From Pseudothermotoga sp. (GTDB lineage: Bacteria > Thermotogota > Thermotogae > Thermotogales > DSM-5069): a DNA stretch of 64,000 bases. Both the position numbers and the translations under genes were made by a program. Positions within the stretch are counted from its first letter, which is position 1, and the number at the start of each line of letters is the position of its first letter. This document shows positions 1 through 8,220 of the stretch, in pieces. The stretch lies in the NCBI GenBank assembly GCA_031962025.1, contig JAVRKW010000002.1, one strand, 5' to 3'. The notes beneath the pieces were generated by a model. The model was not told where the DNA came from. It did not search any database and saw nothing but the letters and a program-made list of their open reading frames with translations.

Positions 1-2
1 AT

Positions 3-602
3 ACATACTATCCTGTGGATATTGAAGCGAGCAAGGGTGTAACGGTTCTGTACGGACCAAACATGGGCGGTAAAACGACCCTGTTGAGAACAGTGGGAAG
101 TTTTGTAGTTCTCATGCATCTTGGGTTCCCGGTTCCGTGTGAAAGGTTTTCTTCGCCTCTTTTTGATTCAGTGAGGTATCTTTCCAGAGGTGAAGAGCTT
201 GGTTTGAGCTCATTTGCAAGGGAGATTTCTTCGTTTGTGGATATCATAAAACTCGATGGAAAGAAATTGATCCTGATCGACGAATTTGGCTCGACGACAA
301 ATCCAGTTGAAGGCGAAGCACTGGCTATTGCTGCTGTTGATTATCTTGACAAGTTCAGCGACTTTGTGTTTTTCACAACGCATTATCCAGCTGTTGTCAG
401 AAACGCGTCAAATGTGTATATGTGTGGAAAGTTGAGAAATCTGGACGCAGTTGACCCTCACAGAATGATAGATTATTCTGTGCAAAGAGGTAAACATCTG
501 GGGCAGAATGTTGCGATAACTGTGGCTGAAAGATTTGGTCTGCCCGATCAAATTGTGCAAGTTGCTCAAAATTTTCTGAAAAAGGGCGGTTCCTGTGGAT
601 AA
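3..602 (+). CDS. MutS domain V ATPase family protein, C-terminal part (gene begins before the window); possibly KamC-like
   Basis: Frame is open from position 3. Walker A GPNMGGKT, LSSFARE, Walker B LIDEFGSTTNPVEG, TTHY and a C-terminal helix AITVAERFGLP. Confidence 0.8.
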   Translation, partial: TYYPVDIEASKGVTVLYGPNMGGKTTLLRTVGSFVVLMHLGFPVPCERFSSPLFDSVRYLSRGEELGLSSFAREISSFVDIIKLDGKKLILIDEFGSTTNPVEGEALAIAAVDYLDKFSDFVFFTTHYPAVVRNASNVYMCGKLRNLDAVDPHRMIDYSVQRGKHLGQNVAITVAERFGLPDQIVQVAQNFLKKGGSCG

Positions 603-1719
603 AGTTTACACAGTCAGTGAAATCACTTATTACATAGAAACTCTGATAAACTCCGATCCATATCTCACCGATATAAACATTATCGGTGAAGTGGTTGATT
701 GCAAACAGAGAAATGGTCATTTGTTTTTTTCGCTCAAGGATGAATTCACAACGATAGGGTGCGTGTTTTTTGGCGGAGCCTCAATGGGTGTTAATCTGAC
801 AGATGGTCAGACAGTTGAGGCGCGCGGTGATGTTAGGGTCTATGCACCAAGGGGTGTATACAGATTTCAGTGTAAATATTTGAAAGTTCTCCCGCAGCGT
901 GGGTTGCTTTTCATGAAAATGAAAGAAACTTACGATCGACTTTTGAAAGAAAAAATCTTCGAAAAGCCAAAGCGTCCTTTACCGAAGTACCCAAGAAGGA
1001 TCGGAGTGGTAACCTCAAGAAATTCAGCAGCCTATCAGGATGTTTTGAGAACGATTTCAGAAAGATTTCCCGCTGTAGAAATCCTTTTGTATCACACAGG
1101 AGTTCAGGGAGAAGATGCCAAAAATTCTCTGATAAAGGCGTTGAATGATGCAGACAATGAAGAACTGGATGTGGTTTTGATCACCAGAGGTGGTGGATCG
1201 GCAGATGATCTGTGGATTTTCAACGATGAAGAGGTCGTCAGGGCTGTTTACAGATTGAGACACCCTGTTATCTCTGGGGTGGGGCATCAAATAGATACGG
1301 TTTTTATAGACTTAGTGGCTGATTATTCAGCTCATACACCAACAGCCGCCGCACAGGCAGCAGTACCTGAAAAATCACAGTTGATAAGTTATGTAACCAG
1401 TTTGATTCAAAGGGCGGGTATTCATCTTAAACAAAATCTGAAAAATGATATAACTCTGATTCAGATTCTTGCAAAAAGGCTATTAGATGCAATGCAAAAA
1501 CACATATTTTTATGTGAGAAAAAATCAGAATCTTTCAGGTTAAAATTGTCTTCGCTAAATCCGGTGAACATACTTGAGAAAGGTTATGCGATTGTTGAAA
1601 AAGATGGTCGTTGGGTGAAAAGCTCTTTTGAGTTGAACAAGCAAGACAGATTGACTGTCCGATTTTCAGACGGAGTTGTGAAGGTGATGGTCTGTGAGGA
1701 TCGATCAGATGGTAAGTGA
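595..1719 (+). CDS. xseA: Exodeoxyribonuclease VII large subunit
   Basis: YTVSEIT N-terminus, GHLFFSLKD, KRPLPKYPRRIGVVTS, RGGGS.DDLW.FN, SGVGH, TPTAAA. Confidence 0.97.
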   Translation: MDKVYTVSEITYYIETLINSDPYLTDINIIGEVVDCKQRNGHLFFSLKDEFTTIGCVFFGGASMGVNLTDGQTVEARGDVRVYAPRGVYRFQCKYLKVLPQRGLLFMKMKETYDRLLKEKIFEKPKRPLPKYPRRIGVVTSRNSAAYQDVLRTISERFPAVEILLYHTGVQGEDAKNSLIKALNDADNEELDVVLITRGGGSADDLWIFNDEEVVRAVYRLRHPVISGVGHQIDTVFIDLVADYSAHTPTAAAQAAVPEKSQLISYVTSLIQRAGIHLKQNLKNDITLIQILAKRLLDAMQKHIFLCEKKSESFRLKLSSLNPVNILEKGYAIVEKDGRWVKSSFELNKQDRLTVRFSDGVVKVMVCEDRSDGK

Positions 1720-1909
1720 GTTGGAAAAGATTGTGGAAAAGCTCGAACAGGAAGATCTGCCATTTGATGAGGCGCTGGATCTGTATAACAGAGGTATCGA
1801 GATATATAAAAAATTGATTGCGATGCTCAGTGAGGCGAAGATCCAGGTTCAGGATGTGTATGCTCAGGCTCAACAATTGATGGAGGGGACCGAATTTGAA
1901 CCTAGATGA
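1694..1909 (+). CDS. xseB: Exodeoxyribonuclease VII small subunit
   Basis: ELEKIVEKLE..DLPFDEALDLY.RG; overlaps the xseA 3' end. Confidence 0.95.
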   Translation: MRIDQMVSELEKIVEKLEQEDLPFDEALDLYNRGIEIYKKLIAMLSEAKIQVQDVYAQAQQLMEGTEFEPR

Positions 1910-3752
1910 TGTGGTAGGAGCAGATATCTGGAAACTTAAACAGATTTCGAGCATCATAAGAGAGCGAATAATACAGGTTGTTTCAGCAAATGGCGGACAT
2001 CTTTCTTCCAATCTGGGTGTGGTTGAATTAACGCTTGCGCTTTACAACGTTTTTGATCCCAGACAGGATATAGTCATCTGGGACACTTCTCATCAGTGTT
2101 ACACACACAAACTTTTAACAGGTAGATGGGATGAATTTACAAACATCAGAAGATTTGGTGGAATCAGTGGTTATGCGTCGTTAAAAGAGTCCGATCTGGA
2201 CAGATTCGGTGCCGGTCACGCGGGAACTTCCATCGCCGCAGCTCTTGGTATTGAAAAGGCATTGAGGTTGAAAAATCAAAATAGAAATGTTCTGGTTGTA
2301 ATAGGAGATGGGGCATTGACAAACGGTGAAGCCCTGGAGAGTTTGAACCAGTTGAAATCGCAGAATTCTAAACTGAAGATCATCCTGAATGACAATGGTA
2401 TGTCAATTGCCCCGAATGTTGGAGCCCTTTCACAGACTTTTGCAAAATTGCGCACCAGCCCTGCTTATGTGAAATTCAAACAGCTTCTGAAGAAGGTACT
2501 TGAAGGATCAGATCTGGGAAAAAATTTTGAAGATGAACTGAAGAGAATTCGTGAGAGTATGAAGCATTTTATCTCCGGACCTGATTTTTTTGAATCGCTC
2601 GGCTTGAAACACATAGGTCCTATAGATGGACATGATCTTGAATTGATGACTGCCGTTTTTAAGAGAATAAAGCACTACGATTATCCGGTGGTTGTTCATG
2701 TTTTAACACAAAAAGGCAAAGGATATGAACCGGCTGAGAAAGATTGCGTAACCTTTCACAGTGCCCCAAAGTTTGATCCAGAGTCTGGAGAGCCTGTTAA
2801 GAAGCAGGGATATATATCTTACAGTGAGGTCTTTGGTGAGACTTTGCTCAGACTTGCCCAAAAAGATAAAAGGATCTTTGCTGTAACTGCCGCAATGCCA
2901 GATGGGACCGGCTTGAGACGATTTTCAGAAAAATTGCCAGATAGATTTGCAGATCTTGGCATAACTGAACAATCCTGTGTGACATTCGCCGCCGGATTGT
3001 CAGTCATGGGTTTAAGGCCTTTTGTTGCAATCTATTCCACCTTTTTGCAGAGGGCATACGATCAGATTGTACACGACGTGGCATTGCAAGACCTTGATGT
3101 TGTCTTTGCAATCGACAGGGCTGGTCTTGTCGGTGAAGACGGTCCAACTCATCACGGGTTGTCAGATATAGCACTATTCAGAACTGTGCCAAAATCGATA
3201 ATCTTTACGCCAGCCAATCTGTTTGATCTGGTATGCTTATTGAGGACCGTGGTTGAAAAGAACATAAAAGGCGTAATAGCCATTCGATATCCAAGAGATT
3301 CTGAAAAAGCGGATTTTGAGGAACTGTGGGATAAATCAAAAACAATAAACCCGTTTAGCTGGGACATTCTCAGAAAGGGGAACGGTAAAATAGCTGTTCT
3401 TGCAGTTGGGAATATGGTAAACCAGGTTGAAAAACTCATTTCACTGGATCCAACTGTTGTCTATGTCAGATGCGTCAAACCTTTAGACGAAGTGACGATG
3501 AACTTTTTAGCTGAGAGTCACGATTTATTTGTCACGATCGAAGAGGGTTTTCTCAGCGGTGGTTTTGGAGAAAGTATAATCACTTTTATGAATCAACACG
3601 ATATCAGAAAACCTGTGCTCACACTCGGTGTACCAGAAGAATTCATACCGCATGGTTCTAGGGAAGAATTGCTTAAATTCTGTAAACTTGACTCGGAGGG
3701 AATTTTTGACACTGTGGTATCATTTCTAAAAAAGGAGGTTTATGCATGGTAA
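1896..3752 (+). CDS. dxs: 1-deoxy-D-xylulose-5-phosphate synthase
   Basis: GGHLSSNLGVVEL, GAGHAGTS, TPP motif GDGA..NDN, YSTFLQRAYDQ, DRAGLVGEDGPTHHG. Confidence 0.98.
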   Translation: MNLDDVVGADIWKLKQISSIIRERIIQVVSANGGHLSSNLGVVELTLALYNVFDPRQDIVIWDTSHQCYTHKLLTGRWDEFTNIRRFGGISGYASLKESDLDRFGAGHAGTSIAAALGIEKALRLKNQNRNVLVVIGDGALTNGEALESLNQLKSQNSKLKIILNDNGMSIAPNVGALSQTFAKLRTSPAYVKFKQLLKKVLEGSDLGKNFEDELKRIRESMKHFISGPDFFESLGLKHIGPIDGHDLELMTAVFKRIKHYDYPVVVHVLTQKGKGYEPAEKDCVTFHSAPKFDPESGEPVKKQGYISYSEVFGETLLRLAQKDKRIFAVTAAMPDGTGLRRFSEKLPDRFADLGITEQSCVTFAAGLSVMGLRPFVAIYSTFLQRAYDQIVHDVALQDLDVVFAIDRAGLVGEDGPTHHGLSDIALFRTVPKSIIFTPANLFDLVCLLRTVVEKNIKGVIAIRYPRDSEKADFEELWDKSKTINPFSWDILRKGNGKIAVLAVGNMVNQVEKLISLDPTVVYVRCVKPLDEVTMNFLAESHDLFVTIEEGFLSGGFGESIITFMNQHDIRKPVLTLGVPEEFIPHGSREELLKFCKLDSEGIFDTVVSFLKKEVYAW

Positions 3753-4078
3753 TCAAACTGGATTATGGAGAACTGCAGGTGAGTTTGAAGGCGTTGAAAA
3801 AACTCGCTTATATTGCAACGGCACAGAGCTATGGACCTGTGAACATATCTTCTGAAAGCTTTTTTGGAAAGCTCTTTGGAGAAAAAGAGGAAGAGAGAAT
3901 AAAAGTTGAGGAACTCGACAATGGCAAGGTAGTTGTCGATTTGTACATCGAAGTCGAATACGGTGTGAAGGTAACAGAGGTTGCAAAGAATATCATAGAA
4001 AATGTCGTGCATGTTTTGAAGAACATAGGTACTTGCGAGGATGTTGAAGTTAACGTGCACGTGACAGGGATCCGCTGA
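3746..4078 (+). CDS. Asp23/Gls24 family protein (YloU-like)
   Basis: VDLYIEVEYGV and VNVHVTGI motifs; usual position upstream of a DAK2 gene. Confidence 0.9.
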   Translation: MVIKLDYGELQVSLKALKKLAYIATAQSYGPVNISSESFFGKLFGEKEEERIKVEELDNGKVVVDLYIEVEYGVKVTEVAKNIIENVVHVLKNIGTCEDVEVNVHVTGIR

Positions 4079-4082
4079 GGAG

Positions 4083-5705
4083 GTGCGGATCTTGGAAAAA
4101 GTGAATGGAAAATTCATGAAGACTGCTTTTCAAAAGGCAACACAGTTTCTTGCGTTACATGTTGACGAACTCAATGCGCTAAACGTCTTTCCTGTGCCAG
4201 ATGGTGATACCGGTTCAAACATGCTTGCAACAATGAAAGAAGGTTGCAAATATCTGGACCAATTGGACAAGGACAAGCATGATCTTTCGGCTGTGATGGA
4301 AGCCATTAGAAGTGGAACGCTTATGGGTGCCCGGGGTAACTCCGGTGTGATACTTTCCCAAATATTCCGCGGTTTTGCAATGTACTGTGAAAAGAAAAGG
4401 ACACTTCAGCCAAAAGATATACTGAAAATGTTTTCAACGGCGAAAAACGTGGCATATAAAGCTGTTATGAGACCGGTTGAGGGAACTATGCTGACGGTTT
4501 TAAGAAGAATAGATGAAAGATCACAAGAAGCAAGCCAGGCTGAGACAGTTCTTCAGGTCTTTGATTGGATCCTTAAAGTGGCAGAAGAGACCGTAAAAGA
4601 AACTCCGAATTTACTTCCGGTGCTGAAAGAAGCCGGGGTAGTCGATGCCGGTGCCAAGGGATTGTACTACATACTGCAGGGATTTCGTTCAGTGGCTGCA
4701 GGAGATGAGCAGGTTAATCTCGAGGTGGTTTCCAGTACCAACGGCGAGATCTCTGTGGAGTTGCCTACAGAAGAACTAAAATATCAGTACTGCACTGAAA
4801 TAATGGTGAAGGGAAAGAGTGATTTTCACATTGAAAAGGTTGGAGAGTTAAGGCTTTTTCTTGAAAGCATAGGAGATTCAGCGGTTGTGGTGCACGACGG
4901 TGCGGTGCTCAAAACTCATGTTCACACCAACAGTCCAGGTATTGTAATTGAGGAAGCGCTGAAATACGGAGAAATATTAAAAGTGAAAGTGGATAATATG
5001 AAACTGCAACATGAACATCTGGTGGAACAAACTGCCGAGCAACTCAAAAGATATGGTTTTGTGGCAGTTTCTCCCGGTCATGGTATCTCAGAAGTTTTGA
5101 GAAATCTTGGAGTGGATCAGATAGTCCGCGGCGGTCAGACCATGAATCCAAGTACAGCCGACCTGAAATTTGCCATAGACAAGATCAGGGCTGAAGTGGT
5201 TTTTCTGTTTCCTAACAATCCCAACATAGTACTGGCTGCAAAACAAGCTGCAGAGAATACGAAAGATAAACAGGTGATAATAATACCAACTCAAACTGTC
5301 CAGGAATGCATCTCAGCCATGATGAGTTTCGATCCAAATGAAGAACCAGAAAAGTTACAGGAAAAGTTCATCCAAGCTGCTGAATATGTTATTCCACTGT
5401 GTATTACGCGCGCTGTAAGGGACGCAAAGCACAATGGAACCAAAATCAAGAAAGGTGAATACATGGTGATGCGAGGTAAAAAACTCGTTTCACACGGACA
5501 ATTTCTAAAGCAGGCGATGAACAGGGCTCTGACGGCACTCGATTTGCGTGGAAGAGAAGTGGTGACGATTTTCACCGGTCAGGACGCAGTTGATGCTGAT
5601 ATAGATACGATCAAAGAGGCACTGGAAAGGGCTGTTGACCAGGTGCAGATTGATGTTCATGAAGGTGGCCAGCCACATTATCCTTACCTTCTGATGATAG
5701 AATAA
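4083..5705 (+). CDS. DAK2 domain protein (fatty acid kinase FakA/YloV family)
   Basis: LNVFPVPDGDTGSNM, GARGNSGVILSQ, GVVDAG, GGQTMNPS, GGQPHY. Confidence 0.95.
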   Translation: MRILEKVNGKFMKTAFQKATQFLALHVDELNALNVFPVPDGDTGSNMLATMKEGCKYLDQLDKDKHDLSAVMEAIRSGTLMGARGNSGVILSQIFRGFAMYCEKKRTLQPKDILKMFSTAKNVAYKAVMRPVEGTMLTVLRRIDERSQEASQAETVLQVFDWILKVAEETVKETPNLLPVLKEAGVVDAGAKGLYYILQGFRSVAAGDEQVNLEVVSSTNGEISVELPTEELKYQYCTEIMVKGKSDFHIEKVGELRLFLESIGDSAVVVHDGAVLKTHVHTNSPGIVIEEALKYGEILKVKVDNMKLQHEHLVEQTAEQLKRYGFVAVSPGHGISEVLRNLGVDQIVRGGQTMNPSTADLKFAIDKIRAEVVFLFPNNPNIVLAAKQAAENTKDKQVIIIPTQTVQECISAMMSFDPNEEPEKLQEKFIQAAEYVIPLCITRAVRDAKHNGTKIKKGEYMVMRGKKLVSHGQFLKQAMNRALTALDLRGREVVTIFTGQDAVDADIDTIKEALERAVDQVQIDVHEGGQPHYPYLLMIE

Positions 5706-5723
5706 GGGGCAGATGCCCCTTAT
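5702..5723. terminator. Hairpin between convergent DAK2 and tdh genes (probable bidirectional terminator)
   Basis: ATAAGGGGC-AGAT-GCCCCTTAT perfect inverted repeat. Confidence 0.75.
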
Positions 5724-5724
5724 A

Positions 5725-6762
5725 TCAATCTGAAAGTTTCATTACGATCTTTCCGCATTCACCTTTCATCATTAAGTCAAAGCCTTTTTGCCAGTCTTCA
5801 AATGGAATGATATGTGTCACCACTTTGGAAAGATCGATTTTTCCGCTGCTGAGAAGTTGATCTGCTATTCTCCATGTCTCAAAGATCTTGCGACCTGTTA
5901 TGCCGTAGATTTTGATTCCTTTGAAGGTTATTAGTTCGTCTATGGCAAGCTGTACTTTTGTTCCAAATACGCCTAAAATGGAAGCTGTTCCACCGCGTGT
6001 GAGTGATCTCAATCCCTGCTCAAGTGCGCTCGCATTGCCGGACATTTCCAGAAAGACGTCAACACCATCACCGCCTGTGATTTCCATCACTTTTGTGTAA
6101 AGGTCTTCTTGAGTTGGATCTATTACTATGTCTGCACCGTTGTTCTTTGCAAGGTTTTTTCTGTATGGTTTGATCTCTGAAGCTATTACCAATGAAGCGC
6201 CGGCAGCCTTTGCAACCTGAACAGCCATTGCACCTATTGGACCTATACCAGTTATCAGCACAGTTTTACCGGTTAAATCTTCGACCAAAGCCGTGTGGAT
6301 TGCATTCCCGAAAGGTTCCATCACCGATGCAAAATCAGGTGATATCTTTGATGATACCTTCCAGAGTATTGTCTGTGGTACCTTGATGTATTCGGCAAAG
6401 GCTCCATCAATGTCAACACCAAGTATCTTCATGTTTCTGCATATGTGCATTCTGTTGGTCTTACACTGATAGCACTGCTGACATGGAATATGTGTCTCTG
6501 CTGCAACAAAATCTCCCACCTGAACTGTTTGAACAGCTTCACCGATTTGTTCAACTATTCCGGCAAATTCATGACCAATTATCATAGGTGGTCTGATATG
6601 ACTTTTTGCCCAGTCATCCCATTTGTAAATATGAACATCAGAACCACAAATCGATGCACGTTTTACCTTCACCAAAACCTCCGTTGGTCCAATAGTACCT
6701 GGTTTTGGTACATCCTGCATCACCAGTCCAGCCGCCATGTGTGTCTTTAAAATAGCTCTCAT
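5725..6762 (-). CDS. tdh: L-threonine 3-dehydrogenase
   Basis: ICGSDVHIY.WD.WA, GHEF, structural Zn CxxCxxC...C, GPIG, GITGR..FETW. Confidence 0.95.
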   Translation of the reverse strand: MRAILKTHMAAGLVMQDVPKPGTIGPTEVLVKVKRASICGSDVHIYKWDDWAKSHIRPPMIIGHEFAGIVEQIGEAVQTVQVGDFVAAETHIPCQQCYQCKTNRMHICRNMKILGVDIDGAFAEYIKVPQTILWKVSSKISPDFASVMEPFGNAIHTALVEDLTGKTVLITGIGPIGAMAVQVAKAAGASLVIASEIKPYRKNLAKNNGADIVIDPTQEDLYTKVMEITGGDGVDVFLEMSGNASALEQGLRSLTRGGTASILGVFGTKVQLAIDELITFKGIKIYGITGRKIFETWRIADQLLSSGKIDLSKVVTHIIPFEDWQKGFDLMMKGECGKIVMKLSD

Positions 6763-6788
6763 TTTAATCCCTCCCTGTTTCCAGATAA

Positions 6789-6816
6789 AGCTTACATCAA
6801 AGTTTTATAAATTCAA
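6789..6816 (-). promoter_or_regulatory. Possible sigma70-type promoter for tdh
   Basis: Minus strand TTGAAT-16 nt-TAAGCT upstream of the GGGAGG RBS. Confidence 0.35.
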
Positions 6817-6830
6817 AATACATACTCAGG

Positions 6831-6847
6831 TTGGCATATTTTTTGCT
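6831..6847 (+). promoter_or_regulatory. Candidate sigma54 (-24/-12) promoter for kbl
   Basis: TTGGCATATTTTTTGCT: GG (6833-34) and GC (6845-46) separated by exactly 10 nt. Confidence 0.5.
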
Positions 6848-6901
6848 GAACATGCAAAAGTTGTAAAATACAGATGCAGTAGACAAAAGGAGGTGTGACA
6901 G

Positions 6902-8143
6902 ATGCCTTTGGAAAGAATAACCAAGGCACTTGATGAGGAATTACAGCAACTGAAATGGGAAGGTCGTGCAAAGGGAAAAGAGTTCATAATAACAGATATC
7001 AAGAAACCAGAAGGTGAAAAAGGACCCAGGTTTTTCCTGAAGGGTTATGGGAACAAAGAGTTCATAAGAATGAACTCCAATTCTTATCTTGGAATGTCTT
7101 TGAGAGAGGAGATCATAAAAATTGAGGAAGAAACAGCCAGAAAATATGGTGTTGGACCAGGTGCGGTGAGATTCATAAGCGGTACTTACCTGCCTCACAG
7201 GGAACTTGAAAAGAAACTTGCACAATTTCATCTTAGAGAAGATGCGATGATCTACAGCGCGGCGTATGTCACAGTGATCGGTGTGATCTCTTCTCTCACA
7301 GACTCCGAAACGATCATCATAAGCGACGAGTTAAACCACAATTGCATTATCAACGCCGTGAAGCTTTCAAGACCAAAGGACAAATTCGTTTACAAACATT
7401 TAGATATGAACGATCTTGAGCAAAAAATAAAAGACAGTATTGGCAGAGCAAGGAGAGTTCTTGTTATCACCGACGGTGTTTTCAGCATGCGAGGAGACTA
7501 TGCACCGCTGGACAAAATAGTTGATATCGCAAATAAGTACGATAGCTATTTTGAGCAAAACATAATTGTCATTGCCGATGATTCTCACGGTGTGGGAGCC
7601 TTTGGAGAAACAGGCAGAGGAACCGAACAAGTAGTTGGTGCACGGGTTGATCTTCTAATTGGAACACTCGGGAAGGCTTTCGGTGTGAATGGTGGATATG
7701 TGGTCTCAGATCAGACTGTGATTACATACCTGAGAGAAAAAGCAATTACGTATATTTACTCAAACCCAATCACACCAGCAGAGGCTGCATGCGCACTTAA
7801 AGTCTTACAGATTCTTGACAGCGATGAAGGTAGAGAAAGGTTGAGATATCTGGGAAAACTGACCAAGAAATTCAGAGACGGTTTGTTAAAACTCGGTTAT
7901 GAAACCATTGTCAGTGAACATCCGATTGTTCCTTTACTTGTTAGAGACACCAAGAGAACCTCTGATATGGTGAACTATCTAATAGAAAATGGTGTCCTTG
8001 CCACTGGTCTGAACTTCCCCGTAGTTCCAAAAGGAGATGAAACAATAAGATTTCAAATAAACGCCGATCACACACCTTATGACATTGATTTTGTCTTAAA
8101 AGTACTTGAGAACTACAAAAAAACAAGGTGGGACAGATTCTAA
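6902..8143 (+). CDS. kbl: PLP-dependent alpha-oxoamine synthase, likely 2-amino-3-ketobutyrate CoA ligase (glycine C-acetyltransferase)
   Basis: NSYLG, VRFISGT, SDELNH, TDGVFSMRGD, DDSHG, GTLGKAFG (Schiff-base Lys); divergent from tdh. Confidence 0.85.
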   Translation: MPLERITKALDEELQQLKWEGRAKGKEFIITDIKKPEGEKGPRFFLKGYGNKEFIRMNSNSYLGMSLREEIIKIEEETARKYGVGPGAVRFISGTYLPHRELEKKLAQFHLREDAMIYSAAYVTVIGVISSLTDSETIIISDELNHNCIINAVKLSRPKDKFVYKHLDMNDLEQKIKDSIGRARRVLVITDGVFSMRGDYAPLDKIVDIANKYDSYFEQNIIVIADDSHGVGAFGETGRGTEQVVGARVDLLIGTLGKAFGVNGGYVVSDQTVITYLREKAITYIYSNPITPAEAACALKVLQILDSDEGRERLRYLGKLTKKFRDGLLKLGYETIVSEHPIVPLLVRDTKRTSDMVNYLIENGVLATGLNFPVVPKGDETIRFQINADHTPYDIDFVLKVLENYKKTRWDRF

Positions 8144-8156
8144 TTTATTAAGGAGT

Positions 8157-8185
8157 TTGACTCATCGTGTAACAGATTGTATAAT
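8157..8185 (+). promoter_or_regulatory. Sigma70-type promoter of the Opp/Dpp operon
   Basis: TTGACT-17 nt-TATAAT, near consensus. Confidence 0.85.
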
Positions 8186-8220
8186 GAACGTAGATCAATC
8201 TTTGAAGGGAGGTAGAGGGA

